The notes under the pieces are model-generated. The model did no database searches. It saw only the letters and a list, made by a program, of their open reading frames with translations, and was not told the origin of the DNA. A DNA stretch of 64,000 nt from Octopus vulgaris (Eukaryota): contig OX597817.1 in NCBI GenBank assembly GCA_951406725.2, forward strand, positions 114,514,001-114,578,000, read 5' to 3'. Shown here piece after piece: positions 52,871-64,000 of the stretch; the stretch's first letter is position 1; the number at the start of each line of letters is the position of its first letter. The position numbers and the translations under genes are program-made.

Positions 52871-52941
52871 ATATATATATTATATTATATATATAATATA
52901 TGTAATATATATTATATATAATATATAATATATTTAATATA

Positions 52942-52998
<57 letters not shown>

Positions 52999-53615
52999 GT
53001 AATATATTATATAGACATACATATATATATGTATATAAATATAGATATGTAGTTAATCATTTTTATGTGTGCATGTACACACACATGATCATCACCACCA
53101 CCAACACCACCACCACCACCACCATCACCACCACCACCACTACCACCACCATCATCATCATCATCATTATCATCATCATCATCATCATTTAAAGTCTATG
53201 TTCCATGCTAGCATGGGTTAGACATTTGACAGGATCTAATGAGCCCAAAGACTGCACTGTACTTCATTGTCTGTACTGGGTTCATATATACAACTGGATG
53301 CCCTTTATAAAGCTGATCACTTTACATCATCATGTACTAAGTGCATTTTTTCATAGTACCAACACTCATGAGGTCACCAGGCAACTTGCAGCATGATGAA
53401 TCCTGAGAGGTGAGGAGCAACTTTATGCTAGGATACTGAAGAATAGAGAAGGGTAAAATATTTGAGAAAAACAAGGGTAGCGCAGGAGAGGTTCCATATT
53501 ATAAAAGACAGAATGGGTTGATTGGCTGAAGCCAGAAAGCATAAAAGAAAATAATGATAATAATGGTGATGAGTATCAATTGGATGATCAAGATATGATG
53601 TAGGTAGAAATGAGC

Positions 53616-53857
53616 TGGGTAGAGGTGAAGGATTGAGTGGGGTAGAGGTGAAGGATTGAGTGGGGTAGAGGTCAAAGATTGAGTGGGGTAGAGGTCAATG
53701 ATTGAGTGGGGTAGAGGTTAAGGATTGAGTGGGGTAGAGGTCAGGGATTGAGTCGGGTAGAGATCAAGGTTTGAATGGGGTAGAGGTCAAGGATTGAGTG
53801 GGGTAGAGGTCAAGGATTCAGTGTGGGGTAGAGGTCAAGGATTGAGTGGGGTAGAGT
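53616..53857 (+). repeat. 22-bp G-rich minisatellite (GGATTGAGTGGGGTAGAGGTCAA-like), about 11 copies
   Basis: Direct tandem copies visible in the sequence. Confidence 0.92.
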
Positions 53858-54817
53858 TTCCTTCTCAACTTATGCCAACTGACATGGGCCTGTTTCCCAG
53901 TTTCCGTGGTGAGTAAATTTTCCACCTGGACGGGATGCTGGTCTATCACAGGATTATTCATTTTTGCAAGCGGAGTGGACTGGAGCAATGTGAAATGAAG
54001 TGTTTTGCTCAAGAACACAACGCATTACTCAGTCCAGGAATTGAAACCACAATCATATGATCATGTGTCCAACACCCTAACCACTAAGCTATAGTTTGGA
54101 GCAGCAGTGTAAAAATGATGATATGGTAAACAGGAGGAGAACCAAAGTGAAATGACATGCTGCTGTGTTGATTGCAAGAGTGGATGGAGAAGAGGGAGGT
54201 AGGCACAGTGTATGTGAGATGGGTGTGATATATGGTGGTGGTGGGAGGGAGGGGAAGAAAAGAGACAATTTAGTGACACAGTTGGGGTAGGTGATCAATG
54301 AGAGTGTAGGTAGTGATGAAGGATGGATAACATTATTAATGGATGAAGGATGGATAGTAAGTGAAGTGGTTCTGGGTAGTAAGGACAGAGATATCAAGGC
54401 AGAACTGCTGGTTGGGGGTCCTGTTGCTGGATGCCTGTATCCCTGGAGATTACATGAGGGTAGGAGAGTGTGCGCCCTCTGGTATTGCGAGTAGATGGCT
54501 TCCAGAGGAGAAGAGAAGAAATTACTTCTTTTTCAGCTCTTCAACAATGTCCAGCAAACTGGACTCTCCTACCTTTCACAAGAGATGACACAGGTGGTAG
54601 TTTCCCATATATTTGCATTTTGGTTGGATGACGCTTCCACGAGAGATTTTGAGCTCTCATAAGGAGGCGAGTGCTTTCTTATTGCTCTAAGAATTCTTTA
54701 ACTCTTATTTCTAGCAACATAGGTGCTACCTGGTATCCTCAGTCACAATTAGTGACTTAAATTTTTTACTTATTGATTTTATTTTGCATATAGCCATCTT
54801 TGTTATTATATTATATC

Positions 54818-54851
<34 letters not shown>

Positions 54852-54868
54852 ATATATATATATATATA

Positions 54869-56028
54869 CTAGCATTAAAGACCCGTCGTTGCTGGGTCAT
54901 AGTGCTAGTGCATGTATATATGTGTATATATTACATGTACATCTATATATACACATCTACACATAAAATACAAAATACAAAGTTATATCTTGATATCGCT
55001 AGTGATAACAATACTCAAAATATATAACAGACTGGAATTGTTAGCCCGTCTTTTGTAATTTCGATCAATTGTATCTTGTCCTCCCTCTTGTATAGAAGTG
55101 TGGCTACAATCCAGCCTACCTCTACTTTGGGGCATTTATCGGGACATCCTACGTCCCAGATATAAAGGTAAAAATAAAGTATTTCCACTTTGCAAGTTCG
55201 AGTCGAGTACTCCCTTGCACGCTCCGTTGACTCGAACCTTGCTTCTATTGTGGCGAATTTACTGCCTCTGATTAGATACCTTTCATAGTCGCACCAAGAC
55301 ATTTTTCGAAGGTGCTTTCCTCCATGTGTTCAAATCTTCTTTTTTCTCTACATTGTATACTTTATAGACAATATTCTTTTCTTTAATTTAATTTTTTATT
55401 ATCCATCTGGACTATTTCATTTCTGCACGCTAATTTTATTTTTACTTTATTCCCATTCATGTGAAACCACTTATTCAAGTTCAAGTCATTGATGCTATTT
55501 TATACCAATTGCTATTTTTACTTTTGTTATGTTACGATTATATTATACTTTAGTTTGATTTTAATTATTACTTACTACATATAATTCAATTGTTATTATT
55601 ATTTTTGTTGTTAAAGTGAAAGTATCTGAGATAAAATAGAGAAACGTTTTTGTTTCACTTTTAACACGTAATACTGAAATAGTGGAGAAGATATGATATT
55701 GCTATGGGCTCGCTCTAGGCAAGAAGTTGAACATTTTTTTTTGCCCATGAAACTACATGGACCCTAAGTAAGGCATGTGTAAAATTTGAATGGAATTCGT
55801 TGAGTAGTTCTCAAGTTTTAGGGAATCGTAGTGGAGAAGATATGATATTGCTGTGGGCTCACCCTAGGCAAAAAGTTCAAAATTGTTTTTGCCGATGACA
55901 TTCCCCGGACCCTAAGTAAGGCATGTGTAAAATTTGAATGAAATTGGTTGTGTAGTTCTCAAGTTTTAGGGAAACACACAGACAGACAGACAGACACTCA
56001 CACATTCTCAGTTTTATATATATAAAGA
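54869..56028 (-). mobile_element. Non-autonomous Helitron
   Basis: Minus strand begins A|TCTTTATATATATAAAA..(GTCT)n and ends with hairpin GACCCAGCAACGACGGGTC about 11 nt before CTAG|T. Inserted between A and T with no TSD. Contains two ~148-bp tandem units at ~55680-55972. Confidence 0.88.
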
Positions 56029-57601
56029 TACCTCACTACTAGGTATACCTCCTCAAGCACACGTGCACATACCATACATATATATACACACGTGCACACA
56101 CACACAGATAAAGAAATATGTGTATATACTACACAATAAAACTAAATTTTGTGCCTCATAGACCACAGAACTGCACCTGGAAAGTTCCTGTTGATGAAAG
56201 TTTTTTCTGTTATTTTGATAATGGAAAATCAGAAGTTGTCCATGAATGTGTATTTCACATCATTTCACGAAACCATCTTGTCTGATTATACTATGAATTC
56301 CATCAATCTATCGCTCTAAACTGGTACTTCTATATATAGTACTGATATATGTACATTGTGAGGTAAAAACACTATTGAGAATCTGGATGACCATCCTGGG
56401 AATATCAGTTTGAATGTTACACACTGACTCTTCTATTTCCTCTCAATGCTGGAATATTTATCCCTCTCAGAAAGGTTATGATGCATCCTTGGTTCATTCT
56501 GAGCTTGGCTAATAGCAATAAATTGACCCCGAAAAGATGAAAGGAAAAGATTAATCTCAAAGATGACCTGAAAATAAATTAGGAGATGTGGAGTAAAGTA
56601 AAGCTGCATTGGGGAATTGATTGTGTGTTGAGCTTACATCCCATGTTGTGTTGTTTGCCATGTATGTTATAGATTGAATTCTTTCTTATTTATATATGTA
56701 TTCACTCACTCTCCCACTCACTCATCTGATATTTCATTCACTTAATTATCATCATTCACATCAAATTTGATGACATACTTTCAAGAAAAATTAAGGATTA
56801 GTGTTGGACGTGTAGAAGTTTTTTGTTTTCTTATTGGTGGTGATCTTCTTATATATAATAATATTGATGTAAGTTATGTTGTGTCTAATGTGAACAGAAA
56901 AGAAAGGAAAAAAGAGAAACGGTAAATATAAATGGTAAAACAAGCATTAAAGAAAAATTGATAAAAATAAAAGCAGTCAAGATATATGCAAAAACAAAAG
57001 CACTCATAGAAATGAAAATGAATTCTTTGTTTTTGTATGCGTGTGTATGTTATGTTATTCGTTGTCTGGGTATGTTTGCAATGACTATGGCTGTGTTAGC
57101 AGCGTGTGTTTGTAATAGTGAAAGTAAACCTGTGTGTGCATATCTGATATTCTATATGAAAAGCTTTGTTATCATGTGTGTGTATGTGTGTGTGTGTGTT
57201 TGTGTGTGTTAGTATGAAAGAAAAGAGAGACAAATGAGAGAAGAGACGTGTAAGAGAGTGTGAAAGGGGTAAAAAGAGCCAGTGAGGAAATAAAAAAAGA
57301 AAGAGAGAGAGGTTTTGGTAGCAGCATGGAACTAGATTGTTAGATAAATAGGTAGTTAGAAGAACAGACATACAGATGAATAGACAGGCCAGAAAAGCTA
57401 TTGGAATAATGATGAATAACGATCTAACCCAGCCCTTCATTGAAAAAGAAGAAGAATTAAAGCTTCTCTTCAGAGTTTTAGATTTTTTGTTTTTTTTTAA
57501 CCAATAAATATGTAGAGGTCTTATTTTCTTTTGTTCCTTCTTTTGACATTTTTAGCACACATGTGCACACACACACACTGAGTATATATATGTGTGTACA
57601 C

Positions 57602-57646
<45 letters not shown>

Positions 57647-57654
57647 TTTATCAT

Positions 57655-57686
<32 letters not shown>

Positions 57687-57869
57687 GAGGGCACATGTGT
57701 TTGCATAAACATATACACACGTACATACACATATATATATTTATATATATGTGTATGTGTCTGTGTATATGTTTATGCATACACATGTGTACACATACAG
57801 ATGTGTGTAAGTATGCATGTGTATTTGTATGCATACATATACATATTTGAGTGTGTGTGTGTATATATA

Positions 57870-57901
<32 letters not shown>

Positions 57902-57947
57902 CATGCACACATGCATATATATATATGTACACACATATATGTATATG

Positions 57948-58002
<55 letters not shown>

Positions 58003-58105
58003 TATATATATATGTGTATATATATAGATATATATATGTGTATGTGTATATCTATATACATATATAAATATAATATACATATATAATATATATATATATA
58101 TATAT

Positions 58106-58159
<54 letters not shown>

Positions 58160-58679
58160 GTGTATATAAATCAACAAATATGAATGGATAAATATAGATA
58201 TAAGAACAGACACAATTCAAAGCAGGTCAACAGAGTTCGAAATGATGATTGAGTGCCGAAGCTTGGTTGTATGGTAAAAATATTGTGAACTTGCATGTAT
58301 GAATGTATTTTGTCTGGAGTGGCGAAAAGAAGCAAAACTACTGATGTTAGATAGATTGTTGGAGCAAAAAAAGAGAGAATAAGAGAGAGAGAGAGAGAGG
58401 GGGGTAGGGGGAAAACACAGAATGATGGAAGTATTGAGAATAAGATGAAGAAGAGAAAGAGAGGTAGTGGTCGGTAGAAGGTAAATTATGTGCTTACATC
58501 TCTTGTATGCAGCCGAAAAGCTTAGAAATATTAATGTAATTGCATGGCAGAAAGATGGTTCTATCTACAGTGTCATTATTTTACCTTACGATAAGGAACA
58601 AGAGGGGAAAGTTGGGGGGAAAAAAAAGAAAAAAAGAAATATTTCTAAAACTCAGACACTTATTCTATACATACATATA

Positions 58680-58710
<31 letters not shown>

Positions 58711-58824
58711 TTTACGAATATATGATTGTATATATTTGTGGATCTATGCATGCATGTATGTGTATGTGCATATGTGTGTCTGTGTATGTACATATATATA
58801 TATACACACATACATACCATACAG

Positions 58825-58878
<54 letters not shown>

Positions 58879-59350
58879 TATTGAAATTTATATTTTATAT
58901 ATATATACACATATATACATGTATATACATTCACACACACACATATATATATAAACATATAGATCCATATATATTATATATATATACATACATATATATA
59001 ATATGTATATAGTATATACAATATATATATATACACAGACATACACATATATATATAATATAAATTTCAACACTCCCCCACTTACACACACACATACACA
59101 CAATTACTTACACACACATACATAAATGTGGGTAGATATGTATGTGTGTACATATTTTTATATATTTTAACATAAAGCATAGAACTTAAAGTAATGAAAT
59201 TCAGATTAATACCATCTGCTCTCTAAGATGTTATCAATACTGGATGATTCCTAGTGTTGTTCTGTTGATGCCTATTTCATTTTTGTTTTTGTTGTTTTTT
59301 CTTCTTATTTATTCATTTATTTTTATTTTTAATTTTTATTTGTCTTCTAG

Positions 59351-59470
59351 GAAAATCAAATAACACACCTTCTTTATCTGCCACCTCTCCACTGCTACTT
59401 TGAGAAAAATGCAGTCTTTTACAGTTGTATCAGGCTGTGGAGGGTGACACGGGTTATCACAATGATTTGA
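59351..59470 (+). other. Candidate exon after a strong splice acceptor
   Basis: ~70-nt T-rich tract ending TTTTGTCTTCTAG|G, followed by non-repetitive sequence. Frames give KSNNTPSLSATSPLLL* or ENQITHLL..ITMI*. No recognisable domain. Confidence 0.25.
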
Positions 59471-59552
59471 AAGTTTCCCTTGCAAGAACTATGTAACCTT
59501 TAGCTGTAAAACACTACACTGAAATATCTTTTTTCTTTTATTATGGCCTCAT

Positions 59553-59586
<34 letters not shown>

Positions 59587-59608
59587 GTATATATATGTGC
59601 ATACATGC

Positions 59609-59644
<36 letters not shown>

Positions 59645-60372
59645 GCATATATATATATATGCATGTATGCATTTGTTTGTTATTACATATATAGATAAGT
59701 TTGGTCACCTGCTCTCTCTCTCTGTCTCTCTCTCTCTTGTATCTCAACATCTACGTGAAATTTCTTAACTTGAGAGCAGAGAGATGACTCCACAGGATAC
59801 CACCTACTTGTTAACTAATATGGAGGTCAATGCTTTGTTACTTATCTCTGCCACTAAATCCATTCAGCTCTCTAAGTTAAGAAAGTATCATGTTTGCAGA
59901 AATCTTGCCACTTTTAATATTGCTTGCATTGTAGAATGAATTTGTAGTTTGCTGTCATGCATATTTCCTCCATTATTTGAAGATATGTATCATAAACGAA
60001 TGTCTTACATGTAAGCTGTTTATCTCTCTCATATTTTTAAATGCTATGTAACTCAGATATAGGAACCAACCAAAGTATAAACTCCTTGTTATTTGGAAGA
60101 AGAACTGAGTAAAAATAGCCATATTTTTATATGCCGGTGGCATGTAAAAAGCACACGTGCCGGTGCTATATGATAGTGCTTGTTTCAGCACCATGTAAAT
60201 GCACCCATGCTGGTGCTGAGTAAAAAGCACTCAGCACACTCTGTAAAGTGATTGGCATTAGGAAGGGCATCCAACCATAGAAACCAGGCCAAATCAGACT
60301 GGAACCTGGTACAGCTCTTCTGCTTGCCAGCTCTGGTCAAACTATGCCTGCATGGAAAATAGATGTTAAATA

Positions 60373-60432
<60 letters not shown>

Positions 60433-60434
<2 letters not shown>

Positions 60435-60912
60435 CACCAGCCACTAAGGGACATGCTCAACTGGTTAAGGTCAAACAACTGACAAGCAAATCTGTGGTAT
60501 TGAGCAGAATATTTGCTGTAGCCCATGGTATCAAAGATGGGCTACAGCAAATATTCTGCTCAATACCACAGATTTGCTTGTCAGTTGTTTGACCTTAACC
60601 AGTTGAGCATGTCCCTTAGTGGCTGGCGATATGTGCATCTCTGATCACAAGCAGAAGTAGTGGGGGAGCATCATATTATTCAGGGACCTTTTGAGTGGGA
60701 TGGGCTACTTGACCAGAAGAAAATTCTAAATGGGCCCCACCTACAAGGTCATGCGCTGTTTATCTTGATATGAGATCACCATGTCGCACACATATGGTTG
60801 TGATGCATGTGCCTAGTGTACCCTTATCAGACGGGTAGTCATGATGGGTATACTGGGCTTCGTATATTTTACCCCAGTGTCACTTTGATGGCATGCACTA
60901 CTATCTCACTCA
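60433..60912 (+). mobile_element. 3' fragment of a (TAA)n-associated retroelement with a 94-bp fold-back at its 5' end
   Basis: 60433-60526 is the reverse complement of 60537-60630 (1 mismatch, 10-nt loop). Flanked by (TAA)n on both sides. Its last ~108 bp recur at 61358-61466. Confidence 0.85.
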
Positions 60913-60959
60913 ATAATAATAATAATAATAATAATATTGATGATGATGATGATGATGAT

Positions 60960-61320
60960 TTATTCTTTTATTGGCTACAAGGGCTAATATAAATAAACAT
61001 AAAAGACATGAAACAACATAAAAGGCAGCACAAGACAATACAAAGGGTTTTACTGCATATAAGCAATAAAAACAATCAAAATTAAACAATATAAAACTCC
61101 CAAAAGGGGAGGTACTTTAAAGGTACCTGTGGAAAAACCCACAAAATCCACGGGTACCTGACCAACAGAGCAAGAGCCCTTCTTTTATTTCTTCACGTGT
61201 GTATACTCAGAACTGGCTCTTTCACATTGACCGTTCTTCCAACATTCACTCACCTTTTGATAAACTTGCTAGAAGGCAACACTTTCCTCTCCACCCTCAC
61301 TTTCCTTTTCAAGTGACTCT
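60960..61320 (-). mobile_element. Probable LINE 3' end (ORF tail + UTR) between (GAT)n and (TAA)n tracts
   Basis: Minus-strand HLKRKVRVERKVLPSSKFIKR*VNV, then a T-rich UTR ending CCCTTGTAGCCAATAAAAGAA. A similar terminus (CCCTTGTGGCAAATGAAA) abuts (GAT)n at 25740-25757. Confidence 0.5.
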
Positions 61321-61357
61321 TGAAATAATAATGATAATAATAATAATAATAATAATA

Positions 61358-61465
61358 GCATGTGCCTGGTGTACCCTTATCAGACGGGTAGTCATGATGG
61401 GTATATTGGGCTTCAGTATATTTTACCCCAGTGTCACTTTGATGGCATGAACTGCTCTCTCACTC

Positions 61466-61466
<1 letters not shown>
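61358..61466 (+). mobile_element. Shorter 5'-truncated copy of the 60.5-60.9 kb element, also inside (TAA)n
   Basis: GCATGTGCCT.GTGTACCCTTATCAGACGGGTAGTCATGATGGG...TCTCACTCA closely matches 60805-60912. Confidence 0.9.
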
Positions 61467-61499
<33 letters not shown>

Positions 61500-62283
61500 T
61501 GATGATGATGATGATGATGATGATGGTTATTATTATTATCATTGTCATTGAAGATGTTTTTCCTCCTGAAATAAGTCTTGAAAAGGTATCATGCTTCCTA
61601 CAGGGGAAAAGTAACATTTCATTAGCCAATTTTCTCCAAAGAACCTGGTTATCTGTGCTAAATGTGCTAAATTTACCATGTCTCTGTGCTATCGAACTAA
61701 AAGCTGAAAATCATACAGGATCTACATGTTACAAAGCCACTAACAAAATATCTTAGCATGTGGAAGAACTGATATTTGTTTTTTTATGTTTATTTGTTTT
61801 TCAGAATTTTGGGGTCAAAGTTGTTATGTATCTTTGATGTTAGAACATTTTTAATGTAAAAATTTAATGATTTACCTTCAGTTTATTAATACTCAGTGAG
61901 AGCCACAACTTGCTAAGATGATAACTTACCAATAGCTTAACAATACATTGTTTTATGTTCATGCATTATTTCACTTATTAATATGACACACATTAGGGAT
62001 AAATATTGGTAGTACTTGTAATATCCTTTAGCTCCCTGTGGCTCGGATTCCAAATTGTTACTCACAAAATTGCTAGTCACTGTTAGCAAGGTCTAGCAGC
62101 AACAAAAAAAAAGCACAAAAAAAAACCTAACAAAAGACAAAAAAATCCAAAGTTACTACCTTTATCTTAATTCCTGTCAGGTTATGTCATATAATGACAT
62201 TGTTTTATCATGATGAATGTTGTATAGATCATCAACATTTATAGATACACTTCTATTGGCAATTATTGTTGTTACTGTAAAGG

Positions 62284-62319
<36 letters not shown>

Positions 62320-62323
<4 letters not shown>

Positions 62324-62535
62324 AATATGTGACCGTGTGTGTATCGTTAGCAATTTTTTTCCCTTCATCTTCCCTTCCTTGGATCTTTCTTTTTCTGTGT
62401 TTCTGACGAAGAGCTCCGCTCAAAACGTTAAATCCTCCTTCTTTCTTTCCTTTCCTGAGCCTCCAATAGCACTATACTTGTTCCACGTCCTTGCGTTGTG
62501 TTTTCTCTTTGTGTTTTCATGTTTGGATTAACTTT
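62320..62535 (+). mobile_element. ~215-bp element in (TA)n carrying a hammerhead-like motif (Penelope pLTR remnant or retrozyme-like)
   Basis: GTTT CTGACGA AGAGC TCC GCTC AAAAC GTT AAAT at 62399-62433: CUGANGA core, stem II GAGC/GCTC, GAAA mutated to AAAA, palindromic AACGTT. (TA)n on both flanks. Confidence 0.65.
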
Positions 62536-62538
62536 ATA

Positions 62539-62581
<43 letters not shown>

Positions 62582-63458
62582 TTTATTTATGAGTTAACCA
62601 GGCTCCCATTGGTGTGATGCCTCTTAGCATGAAACCAATGGTAACCTGGTTAACTCACAAATATAGAATAGTTATCCACAACTGCTGTGCTGAGCAGTTA
62701 TTCTCACTGTTCAGTATTAATAGGCTGTATGGTAAGAAGCTTGCTTCCCAACCACATGGTTCTAAGTTCAGTCCCACTGTGTGGCACTGTGGGCAAGTAT
62801 CTTCTACTTTAACCTTGAGCCAACAAAAGACTTCTGAGTGGATTTAGTAGAAGAAACTGAAAGAAGCCCACCATATATATATGTGTGTGTGTGTCTTTGT
62901 GCCTATGTTTGTCACTGCTTGACAACTGATGTGTTCACATCCATGTAAGTTAGCAGTTTGGTGAAAGAGACTGCTAGAATAAGTACTAGGCTTAAGATAT
63001 TAACCCTGGGGTTGATTTGTTTGACTAAAATATCTTCAAGATGATGCTTCAGCATGGCCACAGTCAAATGACTGAAACAAGTAAAGGTATAAAAAATTAT
63101 ATGCAAGCATCACTGAGTGATTAAAAATTTTACTTTATAACCATATTTAGAATTCAATTCTACTGCATGGTGCTTTGAGCAATTGTCCTCAGAAATAATC
63201 TTGAGCTGACCGCTGTTGTGTGAATGAAATTTGGTTTGGTAAATAGAAACTGTATGGAATCCTACCATATGATTGGTGTGGTGTGATGTGTGTGTGTGTG
63301 TGTATGTGTGTATAATTGCAACAAAAATTAGCTATAAGGAATAACTATATGTGTGTGTGTATATATATATATAATAGAAATATTAAAATTACTAAGCCTC
63401 TTATATCAGCACAGCTTTAGTTTATATTTAGACTGCCGTATTAGTATGGCGATAACTA

Positions 63459-63533
<75 letters not shown>

Positions 63534-64000
63534 TTACAAGTTTAAATGTCTGTTAAGAAGTTTGCTTCCCAACCATATGGTCCTTGGCTTAGTCCCACTG
63601 TGTGGCACCTTGGGCAAGTGTCTTGCCTTCTACTACAGTCCCAGGCTGACCAAAGGTGCATGAATAGATTTGGGAGATGGAAACTGCAAGAAATCCATTT
63701 TATAGACATATGTGTGTGTGAGAGAGTGTATGCAACACTTTGTTACAAGAAATATAGATGAGATATCTATACAATATATTCATATCCATAGATATATTTT
63801 ATGGAAGGTAGTGCCTCAGCATAGCCACAGTTCATTGACTGAAACAAATAGAAGATCAATGACAAGAAATACATAATTTACATTCATTGGAACTCATGGT
63901 GCTAGTTAATAAATCTATACATATGCTCTATAGCAAATTATAACAATGAAACCATGTACCACTAGCACACCAGTAATATAAGTGTGTGTATGTATATATG

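Noticed and set aside
53616-53857. CRISPR-like regular repeat
   Set aside because: Units are contiguous with no unique spacers, there are no cas genes and the context is eukaryotic.
54494-54662. 55-codon ORF (MASRGEEKK..) containing a possible 57-nt in-frame exon (TTTTTCAG..CAG|GTGGTA)
   Set aside because: Weak donor site, no recognisable homology, and expected by chance at this length.
57478-59103. Long ORFs rich in YIYI, CVCV and HTHT (also 21.2-21.7, 34.3-35.6, 43.8-44.4, 51.4-52.9 kb)
   Set aside because: Translations of (TA)n, (CA)n and related microsatellites, which lack stop codons in some frames. Not genes.

Overview
AT-rich, microsatellite-saturated animal DNA with no confidently identifiable host gene. 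It is intergenic or deep-intronic, and its SINE/MITE families look like octopus (coleoid cephalopod) repeats (recognition from memory, not a database result). Most ORFs in the supplied track are microsatellite artefacts. The real content is mobile elements. The main one is a ~4.35 kb Penelope-like retroelement (RT + GIY-YIG endonuclease, minus strand, probably Naiad-type) bracketed by a ~240 bp inverted repeat, each arm carrying a minimal type-I hammerhead ribozyme. Also present: further Penelope fragments and short elements with decayed hammerheads; a 5'-truncated R4/Dong-like LINE inserted in the (TAA)n tract of a tRNA-derived SINE whose tail has a hammerhead-like motif; a decayed piggyBac with both ends and TTAA duplications; a mariner and an internally deleted Tc1-like element; TTAA-flanked MITEs; a non-autonomous Helitron; a Helentron-like element; many tRNA-SINEs and RTE 3' tails; and several long fold-back hairpins at element ends. 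The most notable signal is the repeated association of hammerhead motifs and terminal inversions with microsatellite-targeting retroelements.
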